The position numbers and the translations under genes were made by a program. Below are positions 9,636 to 16,738 of a DNA stretch of 64,000 bases, piece after piece. The stretch covers positions 2,154 to 66,153 of the forward strand of contig JAOLDG010000008.1 in NCBI GenBank assembly GCA_028339975.1, given 5' to 3'. The DNA comes from Hyphomicrobiales bacterium. GTDB taxonomy: Bacteria; Pseudomonadota; Alphaproteobacteria; MED-G09. How positions within the stretch are numbered: the stretch's first letter is position 1; each line of letters opens with the position of its first letter. The notes under the pieces are model-generated. The model did no database searches, was not told the DNA's origin, and saw only the letters and a program-made list of their open reading frames with translations.

Positions 9636-9783
9636 TGTGTAGCCGAGACAAACACGCTCTTGGTCGATAAGGGGATGAAGAGGTACAGAAGATAACCTAG
9701 GAAAACCCTATCAGAGCAAAACTCGACTACACAACGCTATCTGGGAAACAGGGTGAAAAAGATAATCCCCATAACCCAGACGC
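9636..9783 (-). ncRNA. candidate structured RNA (two long hairpins) downstream of capsid operon
   Basis: Nested stems 9636-9647/9722-9733, 9656-9660/9713-9717, 9666-9672/9706-9712; second stem 9740-9745/9775-9780; mismatches read as G:U on minus strand. Confidence 0.5.
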
Positions 9784-9786
9784 AAG

Positions 9787-9942
9787 CTATTTGCCTTTTG
9801 AGGCTTTCTTTTTAGCTACATATAACTCAGCCTTTCCTAAATTTATTAGGAATTGACCTTCGTTATCTTCAACATCAAGAACTTCATTAGCGGAAACAAT
9901 ATTCCCACTAACTATGATTGTATTTAATATTCTAACTTTCAT
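9787..9942 (-). CDS. small capsid-linked protein (51 aa, absent from ORF track)
   Basis: MKVRILNTIIVSGNIVSANEVLDVEDNEGQFLINLGKAELYVAKKKASKGK; ATG 2 nt after the capsid stop; resembles small proteins following HK97-type capsid genes. Confidence 0.75.
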   Translation of the reverse strand: MKVRILNTIIVSGNIVSANEVLDVEDNEGQFLINLGKAELYVAKKKASKGK

Positions 9943-9944
9943 GA

Positions 9945-11711
9945 TTACGTCGTTACAATATCGTTGATTGCTGAGAAGCCTTGAATGTGTCGAATACCAA
10001 CATCTACAAATCCAAAGATAGTCACTATCACATCACCTCGTGTTGAGAATGTGTAAGGGTCGACTATAAGTTCTGGAGCACCAAACTCACCAATAATAAC
10101 ATTACTCCAATCACCAAAGATGAGAGCTGATAGATTAGCACCAGTTCCTTTCGTTAGAGTGTTTGGAACGTTCTGGGATTGTAAATATCTATATCCTAGA
10201 AGCTCGTCACGATTGTTAGAGATGTATGTCGCATCAGTACCAGCCGGATTTCTCAATGTTGTTCTAAGTTTATTAGCAACCTGAGAGTTCGTGACAAATG
10301 TACCTCGACCAGTTAACAGGCCGTTAGCTGTATCAACGTTGGCAATCATAGTAGAGATATTATCATAAGTGATAGCACCACCATTTGCACCAGATGAAAC
10401 AAGAGATAGACCAGTAGTATTTAGAATACCTGTTGGTTGAACTCCACCAGTTCCATTAATAACGGCTTTATCTATCGCTTCTGATACGCCCATCATTAAA
10501 TCATTCCTCATTAAGTTTTCTAGAGGAGGTAACATCTGGGTTAGAGCTTGTCTGGTATAAGACACTCTAGATGATATTCCATTAGGACTTAGTGTGAGCT
10601 GGTCAAAAGTAGGTGTTGATTCAGTCGCTGGACTTCCTTCAGCTACCCATTCACCAGCAGACGCTAATGTCTTTCTTGGAATTGCTACGTTCTGATTCAG
10701 TCCAGCCATAGTGGTTGCACCAGCATCAATAGAAACATTGAAAGGTCTTAAAACATCAATGAAGGATTGAGGCATATACTCTGTACCAACTAGATTTGAA
10801 GTATTAGTTGTATCGAGTAGAGTTCTTTGTCCAAAAGCTGATGGTGGAACAAATGCACCAGTCGTTGTTCTATTTTGGCGAGTTGCTATTTCTTGAGACA
10901 TTTCTCTCTCAAAACCAGCATTAGACCAATCTGAATTTAACTGAGCTGATATCACTTTGCCTATTGAGTATTCTCTTTTAGACATTGCTTGGTCTTGTTC
11001 AAAGCTAGTGTAAGCAGAAGCAATAGGCTCTGTCTTAACTCTATCTAGTAATTTTGAACGGAACTCATCAAGAGGCATATCTTTCATTGCACAATCTGTA
11101 GCAAATTCGATTTGTCTGTGATGCTTTCCTAGGGCTAGTATTTCTTTAGAAGCTCTTTCATTGGATGCTTCTTTTATTTTAGTTTCGATTTTATTTTCCA
11201 TAATGGATTCCTTTGGTTTTGGATATGATCTTTGAATACCAATACTGTGATCTGCCGGTACTCCAACAACTGACACCTCGTAAGGTTGCCATGATGTAAC
11301 GAGTTGATTGCGACCAACTTCTTTGACTTCATCGATTGAATATCCGATTGATAGAAAGCGTAAGACCTTTGACTTGATGTCATTCCAAACTTCGGTTGCT
11401 CTGGTACTTTGTCCAAGTCTCAGAGTTCCTCTTAGTTTTTTATCCTCAGATATTCTAACGTTCTCAACTGTCCCAATGGGATCTTGTTGATCATGTCCGA
11501 ATAGAAGGGGTAAGCCTATATCCGCTCTTTCCATGTTTATTGCTGATGGTTCATGAACCAGTATCTCGTTATATTCACCACGAGGAACTGGTAACTCAGA
11601 AGAAAGACTGGCTTCAATAGTCCGGTTTTCTCCAGCACGTTCATCTAACTCAATGAGCAGAGTCCTGTGGTTTAAGTCATCACGAGCATCAGACACATTT
11701 TCATGAGTCAT
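9945..11711 (-). CDS. fused HK97-family prohead protease and major capsid protein
   Basis: N-terminal PLLFGHD, LSIGY, EVSVVGVPAD (HK97 maturation protease); C-terminal GEWVAEG, VINGTG..QPTGIL, IFGDWS (HK97 fold capsid). Confidence 0.92.
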   Translation of the reverse strand: MTHENVSDARDDLNHRTLLIELDERAGENRTIEASLSSELPVPRGEYNEILVHEPSAINMERADIGLPLLFGHDQQDPIGTVENVRISEDKKLRGTLRLGQSTRATEVWNDIKSKVLRFLSIGYSIDEVKEVGRNQLVTSWQPYEVSVVGVPADHSIGIQRSYPKPKESIMENKIETKIKEASNERASKEILALGKHHRQIEFATDCAMKDMPLDEFRSKLLDRVKTEPIASAYTSFEQDQAMSKREYSIGKVISAQLNSDWSNAGFEREMSQEIATRQNRTTTGAFVPPSAFGQRTLLDTTNTSNLVGTEYMPQSFIDVLRPFNVSIDAGATTMAGLNQNVAIPRKTLASAGEWVAEGSPATESTPTFDQLTLSPNGISSRVSYTRQALTQMLPPLENLMRNDLMMGVSEAIDKAVINGTGGVQPTGILNTTGLSLVSSGANGGAITYDNISTMIANVDTANGLLTGRGTFVTNSQVANKLRTTLRNPAGTDATYISNNRDELLGYRYLQSQNVPNTLTKGTGANLSALIFGDWSNVIIGEFGAPELIVDPYTFSTRGDVIVTIFGFVDVGIRHIQGFSAINDIVTT

Positions 11712-11726
11712 ACTTCGTTTCCTAAT

Positions 11727-11855
11727 ATGTTAAGTGAATTCCTCGACCAGAGGATTTGCCTGAGTCTACCCTGACTCATCTTACTCTTATATAAAACTTA
11801 ATCTCTAGAACCGAGTAAGAGTTCTATTAAGTTGAAAAGGTTTTGCTCTTAACAT
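11727..11855 (-). ncRNA. candidate structured 5' leader RNA of capsid gene (multibranch plus pseudoknot)
   Basis: Closing stem ATGTTAAG/CTTAACAT; hairpins TCCTC/GAGGA, TGAGTC/GACTCA, AACTTAA..TAGAAC/GTTCTA-TTAAGTT; loop 11813-11820 complementary to 11779-11786. Confidence 0.55.
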
Positions 11856-11967
11856 TCCATGTATTGAATCTCCGCTACCAGCAGAAAACAAACAAACCTG
11901 ATAGATTTAATATGGGATGATTTGCATTCTTATTCAAGTGAAGTAATCTAATTTTAAACGAAATGGG

Positions 11968-12219
11968 ATGGAGATGATTATGGGTATATTTTTGGTTATT
12001 TTTTATATTGTAGTTGGCATAATGTTTTTTTCGGCTTGGGTGGGTTTGTTTATAATAAATAACTCCATACAAAGCCTACTTAGTTATGTAAGAATTCAAA
12101 ATGTCCTTTTGAAAAATATTGTTAATAAAGATAGAACACCATCTCAAGAGAATTATTTTTTAAATCAGCAAGCAGAAAACGATGATTCTTTTTATAAGGG
12201 CGTTACACCAATAGAGTGA
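11968..12219 (+). CDS. small single-pass membrane protein (cargo)
   Basis: N-terminal hydrophobic helix; start uncertain among several Met. Confidence 0.6.
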   Translation: MEMIMGIFLVIFYIVVGIMFFSAWVGLFIINNSIQSLLSYVRIQNVLLKNIVNKDRTPSQENYFLNQQAENDDSFYKGVTPIE

Positions 12220-12232
12220 TTAGGAAAAGGTA

Positions 12233-12655
12233 ATGAATAAAATACTTATAGCGTTAGTCATGGCAGTTGTGATGTGTGGAAATGTTTATGCTTGGACAGA
12301 GAGAGGTGAGCAGATTGATGAAGGGTTATATATTTCTCATTATTTCGATGAGCAGAATATTAGGCATCAGGGTAAATATCTCTGGTATTGGACTTTAATG
12401 AACATACATCGTGATGATAAACAAATTTATGGAAAAGGTGTAAAAAGTTGGCTTAATTATTGGAGAATAGATTGCAATCAGAGGACTAATGCAGTTTTTA
12501 AACTTGTTAAATATTCAAAGTTAGGTGGGCAAGGCAGAGTTCTTGAATCAGAAGATTATGAAGGCGGAGCTAATGCACAAGGCACTCCAAATACTTTTTC
12601 ATATATTATTCCAAATTCTCAAGGCGATTTCATAGCACAGTCTTATTGTAAGTAA
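12233..12655 (+). CDS. exported protein, surface-adhesin E-like family
   Basis: Signal peptide ending VYA; YFD..NIR..G.YLWYW, IDC..R, YS..GGQG.VL, IIPNS...C pattern; GGAAAAGG RBS. Confidence 0.65.
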   Translation: MNKILIALVMAVVMCGNVYAWTERGEQIDEGLYISHYFDEQNIRHQGKYLWYWTLMNIHRDDKQIYGKGVKSWLNYWRIDCNQRTNAVFKLVKYSKLGGQGRVLESEDYEGGANAQGTPNTFSYIIPNSQGDFIAQSYCK

Positions 12656-12901
12656 ATTAAAGGGTATATCGAAACTATCTTTAGATGACTTCATTTAAGG
12701 GTATTTCTCGTTGAGGCCTTCTGCTAGGCACAGAGAATCCTCAATGCGTTTCGTTTAATAGCATATTCAAACTAAAAAATACCGCTTGTATGGTCTTTAA
12801 ATAGGTTGACGAAGTGCTTCTAAGTGTCTGTTACTAGGAGACTATCGTGATATACAGTGCCCACAGTGTGCAAAGGCTCAGAAGAACCTCGAACATACCC
12901 C

Positions 12902-13375
12902 TTAGTTAAGTTTTAATGGGTCTAAAAAACCTTCAGGATTATCTTTTACATTTGTACGACTAGCAACAATAATATCGGCATAATGCTCTCTATCTTCTCT
13001 ATCTTGAAAGATAGTCTCTACTTTATGCCAATCCCTGTCACTTACCTTGCATTCATATGGATACAATATAGACCATCCCATATTCATAACCCAATCAGCT
13101 TCTTTCTTTGTACTTTTAAATATCTTATGATCTGCCTCTTTTGAATCTATTTTCCATCCAAAATAACAGGCTACACTTACTGCTTTTTTTTGCATACACC
13201 ACAAGTCATATAGATTAGCTATACTCATCTCTGTTGGCCCTGTTCCAATAACGCTATTGATGGATATTTTTACATCTAACATACTCATCTGTTTTTTTTC
13301 TGAGTCACTGAAACCTCTAAAGTGTTCGTTTTCCAAAGCTTTTGAAAGGTTAAAAAATACATATTGTGGATCCAT
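12902..13375 (-). CDS. hypothetical protein (element core operon)
   Basis: 157-aa ORF with AGGAG RBS, co-oriented with rep and alpA. Confidence 0.75.
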   Translation of the reverse strand: MDPQYVFFNLSKALENEHFRGFSDSEKKQMSMLDVKISINSVIGTGPTEMSIANLYDLWCMQKKAVSVACYFGWKIDSKEADHKIFKSTKKEADWVMNMGWSILYPYECKVSDRDWHKVETIFQDREDREHYADIIVASRTNVKDNPEGFLDPLKLN

Positions 13376-13464
13376 TTTAATCTCCTGTTGTTGTTTTTAA
13401 ATTCTGTAAATTAAGTAGACAGACACTACTATTGCTAACCAAATTAGAATGAGGATTAACTCAA

Positions 13465-14283
13465 TCAATTTGCTATGCTCTTAAAAAGGTTGGTTGTTGT
13501 TTGTAAGTCTCGGTTATTATCGTGCCAATGCTGACCAATCTCATCGATTTCAAAGTCACTAAGATGACCCTTCCAAATATCATATCGCATTATGACATCA
13601 CCAGAATTATGCTTTTCTAGTTCCTTCCAGAATTCATTGAACTTATTTTCAGTAAAGGTCTTAGTCTTAGGCTTATCTGGATTTTCACCCCCATCAAGGG
13701 GAGGGTGAAAAGACTGATTAACTTCAGCATTAGTGTCTAATATATCTCTAGTTTCTTTTTTTTTATTCTTTTCTTCTCTTTTCTTATGCTTAAGTCCAAC
13801 TAACTCACTTTCCTTGTTTTCTGGGAAATTATCATCATCGCTATGTATAGGTTTGTCAGAGACTTGCTCAGAGTTTGTGGTCGACTTGTTGTCCTTTAGT
13901 AACTCATTGTATTGATCTAGTCGCTCTTTCGCCATTTCTCGTTTGGCTGTTGCACCTTTCTTGCCTTTTTCAACATTAGTGAGATGCTTTGCCATAGTTT
14001 CATAATATAGTTTTTCTCCGAATTCAAAGTAATATCCTTTATTGGGAACTTTCCTAAAGAATGGCTTTATAACTTCACATACTGCTTGATATTGTCTTGG
14101 ATCTAACTTGGTTCTATATAGAAACCAACTTTTATCATCCAAATTAACGGCCTTATATTCTTGCATCCATTGTGCATCTAATATGTCTCTTAAAGCTCCT
14201 CGCTCTATACCCTTAAGATGTCCAGTCATGTAATGAAATTCTGCTACCGGAAACGGCATCGTATGAAGTGTAATAGTAGACAT
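13465..14283 (-). CDS. DUF1376/YdaU-like phage replication initiator
   Basis: N-terminus MPFPVAEF..MTGHL...ERGALRDILDAQW matches the DUF1376 pattern; KGKKGA..K helix and low-complexity linker. Confidence 0.7.
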   Translation of the reverse strand: MSTITLHTMPFPVAEFHYMTGHLKGIERGALRDILDAQWMQEYKAVNLDDKSWFLYRTKLDPRQYQAVCEVIKPFFRKVPNKGYYFEFGEKLYYETMAKHLTNVEKGKKGATAKREMAKERLDQYNELLKDNKSTTNSEQVSDKPIHSDDDNFPENKESELVGLKHKKREEKNKKKETRDILDTNAEVNQSFHPPLDGGENPDKPKTKTFTENKFNEFWKELEKHNSGDVIMRYDIWKGHLSDFEIDEIGQHWHDNNRDLQTTTNLFKSIAN

Positions 14284-14657
14284 TAGTTCTTAACCTTCTC
14301 GGCAACTGTCTGGGCTTGCGAACAAAACCTCATGCCTTTGTAGAGAAATGGTAAAAGATTGATCACAGGTCTACCCAAGTCGAACTGCTCTAATAAATCT
14401 TCCCTTTCATGGAAATAATGAAGTCTCCATCCATTACTTGATAACTCAAGAGCCATATAAGAGCTTATGCCTTTCTGGTAGTTCTCATGAATCATATCTA
14501 GGTTATCTAAATTAGCTATAACTTGAGCTGATAGATTGCTTGCATCTTGGACTTGCATACCAAAGCTCTCAAAGGTCGGAACTAGCTCACTCATCCAGAA
14601 ATTAACAATATTGATAGTTTCCTGAGGAAGATCATTAAAATCATCTGATTTAAGCAT
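14283..14657 (-). CDS. hypothetical protein (124 aa)
   Basis: Start reassigned to ATG 14657 overlapping the alpA end; stop overlaps rep start (translational coupling). Confidence 0.7.
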   Translation of the reverse strand: MLKSDDFNDLPQETINIVNFWMSELVPTFESFGMQVQDASNLSAQVIANLDNLDMIHENYQKGISSYMALELSSNGWRLHYFHEREDLLEQFDLGRPVINLLPFLYKGMRFCSQAQTVAEKVKN

Positions 14658-14880
14658 TAGACTTAATCCATGCATTAACTTCGCTTTCACGATACATAGC
14701 TTTGCACTTGTTATTAGGTCTCTTACTTTTTGGAAACAAACCTTCGCTTTCCCATCTCTGGATAGTTGCTGATGATTTACCAACTAAAGTCGCTACCTCA
14801 GTTCTTGATAGTAGGCGATTTTTAGTCTGACTAAGTTTTTCTAGTATTTTGTAAATTTCTGTTTCTAATTGTTTGTCCAT
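14650..14880 (-). CDS. alpA: AlpA-family HTH regulator / excisionase
   Basis: RLLSRTEVATLVGKSSATIQRWESEGLFPK...YRESEVNAWI; AAGGAGG RBS; next to attR. Confidence 0.88.
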   Translation of the reverse strand: MDKQLETEIYKILEKLSQTKNRLLSRTEVATLVGKSSATIQRWESEGLFPKSKRPNNKCKAMYRESEVNAWIKSNA

Positions 14881-14944
14881 GAAGACCTCCTTTAAATGTA
14901 TAAGAAGTCTAACTCCATGATAGTGACGTTTAACATCAAATTTG

Positions 14945-15067
14945 ACGTACAGATGAAGCTAAAAACGTACAGTTTAACTTTGATATTGAAGTTACTTTGA
15001 GCGTAATGTATTACTTTAAACTACAAGTTATAGGGATTAGGTGTTGTACAGAACGATGTACAAAAAT
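14945..15067. repeat. putative arm-type sites, right end
   Basis: ACGTACAGATG, TAAAAACGTACAGTT and TGTTGTACAGAACGATGTACAAAAAT match the left-end motifs. Confidence 0.7.
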
Positions 15068-15113
15068 CGAGAAAGATAAGCAATTACTTACGTTTGACTA
15101 TGGTGTTTTATGG

Positions 15114-15164
15114 TTTCTAATCCGTAGGTCAGTAGTTCGAATCTACTCGGGATCACCATTTAAA
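15114..15164 (+). repeat. attR core (duplicated tRNA-Arg 3' half)
   Basis: Identical to 6800-6850. Confidence 0.95.
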
Positions 15165-15243
15165 AATAGCCATAAACCAATATCCACCTTAACTTCTTTT
15201 CAAAAACTATAATGAAGTGATATTTATGTTGTTTTGACTAATT

Positions 15244-15900
15244 TTAAAGTAGGGACCAACCATAGAAAATGGATATAAAAATTGTATAAATAGCCAGAAG
15301 AATAACGTTGACAGGGTTTCCAGATAGTTTTGGTGTTTTTATTTGAGAAACATTTAATATTGCAAGACATATTCCGCTGGCACCAAGAAAAAATGAAAAA
15401 AATGTATCTTCAAAGCGCTCTGCAAACATAAATAAAAAAACTAGAATAATACTATTGTTATCAATGGCTAGGCCAGTGTATTTTGCATCGCTTGATAATC
15501 CAAAGGTGCTAAAATAACTTAATCTAATAGCACCAAAAACTAGCATTATGAATGCAGGAATTAAAAAGAGCGGATTAAAATTCGAATAACTTAATATCAA
15601 AATAGCGGGGGTGACTCCATAACTTACAATATCTATTAGTAGATCAAGTTGGCCTCCAAATTTTTGATCGTCACCTGTTCTTCCCTTTATTTTACGAGCA
15701 ATAAGGCCATCAGCCCAATCAAAGGCAACTGCCCAAATCATTCCTATCATTGCGGCTTCATATATACCTATTATCAGGAAGTATATTGCAAGTAGTGAGC
15801 AGCCTAAGCCTGCAAGAGAGCATATATTGGGAATATCTCCAATGTAAGACAGGATAGATTTTGTTGGAAACTTTGTTGATATTGATCTTTTAGTTGTCAT
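15244..15900 (-). CDS. CDP-alcohol phosphatidyltransferase family protein
   Basis: DWADGLIAR...GGQLDLLID signature; multiple hydrophobic helices. Confidence 0.9.
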   Translation of the reverse strand: MTTKRSISTKFPTKSILSYIGDIPNICSLAGLGCSLLAIYFLIIGIYEAAMIGMIWAVAFDWADGLIARKIKGRTGDDQKFGGQLDLLIDIVSYGVTPAILILSYSNFNPLFLIPAFIMLVFGAIRLSYFSTFGLSSDAKYTGLAIDNNSIILVFLFMFAERFEDTFFSFFLGASGICLAILNVSQIKTPKLSGNPVNVILLAIYTIFISIFYGWSLL

Positions 15901-15993
15901 AGCAAGTAATTTAACCTAATATGTAAAAGCATAATTTTATGTTAGATTTCTAACACTTTGCTATCATCATTTATGAGGTAGTAAAAGGAAAAA

Positions 15994-16500
15994 TTGAAAA
16001 TAGTTGTATACACTGTCGGTACCTTTGATTTACTTCATGTTGGTCATCTTGCTTTATTGAACCATTGCAAAACACTTGGAGACATCCTCGCGGTTGGGGT
16101 TGCTTCAGATGAAGTTGTTAATATGTACAAACCTAATGTTCCTATTGTTCCCTTAGAACAACGTATGGAGATGTTGCGAGCGCTTGGGTGCGTCGATATA
16201 GTTCGCCCATATCATGAACTTGAGTATATTTCAGGTTGCAAAGCCTTAAATGTTGATATTTTTGTTGTAGGTGAGGATTGGGGAAAGAAATCACATAACC
16301 TTGATGTTGATAACTATATTAGAGATATTGGTAAGAAAATTGAACAGGTTCACTATAATCCAAGAACTTCATCAACTAAAATAAAACAAATGGTTTTATC
16401 TCAGAATCAACTTCAAACCAAAATAAATGAGCAGAAATTACAAAGGTTTTCTGTATATAAAAAGAGTCCGAGCTATCCTTTTGCAAAACAAACTAAATAA
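15994..16500 (+). CDS. TagD-like cytidylyltransferase
   Basis: YTVGTFDLLHVGH, VGVASDE, GEDW, RTSSTKI motifs. Confidence 0.9.
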   Translation: MKIVVYTVGTFDLLHVGHLALLNHCKTLGDILAVGVASDEVVNMYKPNVPIVPLEQRMEMLRALGCVDIVRPYHELEYISGCKALNVDIFVVGEDWGKKSHNLDVDNYIRDIGKKIEQVHYNPRTSSTKIKQMVLSQNQLQTKINEQKLQRFSVYKKSPSYPFAKQTK

Positions 16501-16581
16501 TTTATATTCAATGTTATGATATATCCGCACAAGAGTTTCCCTCAAGCATGTAACTAGAAATTGCTTACGCTATAAAAATTA

Positions 16582-16627
16582 AATCAGTAGATTAGAAGTT
16601 CAAATCTTCTCGGGATCACCATTTAAA
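16582..16627 (+). repeat. third, diverged copy of tRNA-Arg 3' end (relic att)
   Basis: AATCAGTAGATTAGAAGTTCAAATCTTCTCGGGATCACCATTTAAA, 40/46 identical to 6805-6850. Confidence 0.85.
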
Positions 16628-16738
16628 AAATAGACAATTATATCCTAAAAATTATAAAAATTAATGCTTGTATGTTTTTAATAACCATTATTAACTAGTT
16701 TTTTTTATAACAAAAACTTAAAAAAATAGGAATTAATT

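Larger units (their letters stand above)
6800..15164. mobile_element. tRNA-Arg-integrated capsid-encoding phage satellite-like element (8314 bp between att cores)
   Basis: Perfect att repeats, tyrosine integrase, AlpA, DUF1376-like initiator, protease-capsid fusion; no terminase, portal or tail recognised. Confidence 0.9.

Noticed and set aside
9636..9733. Retron msr/msd or DGR element suggested by the long inverted repeat
   Set aside because: No reverse transcriptase ORF in the element or the window
11755..11833. Hammerhead or pistol ribozyme, preQ1 or c-di-GMP riboswitch
   Set aside because: Only partial look-alikes (GAUGAGUC, GGUUCUAG, GGCAAA); the conserved cores are not in the required arrangement
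14658..14783. N-terminal extension of the 166-aa ORF
   Set aside because: Overlaps alpA in another frame; coupled ATG at 14657 is more plausible
15114..15158. Second tRNA gene
   Set aside because: Only the 3' half is present; no D arm or 5' acceptor strand
6800..15164. Complete prophage or canonical cf-PICI
   Set aside because: Only 8.3 kb, with no recognisable terminase, portal, head-tail connector, tail or lysis genes
14997..15212. 71-aa ORF
   Set aside because: TTG start, runs across arm sites and the attR tRNA fragment; likely spurious
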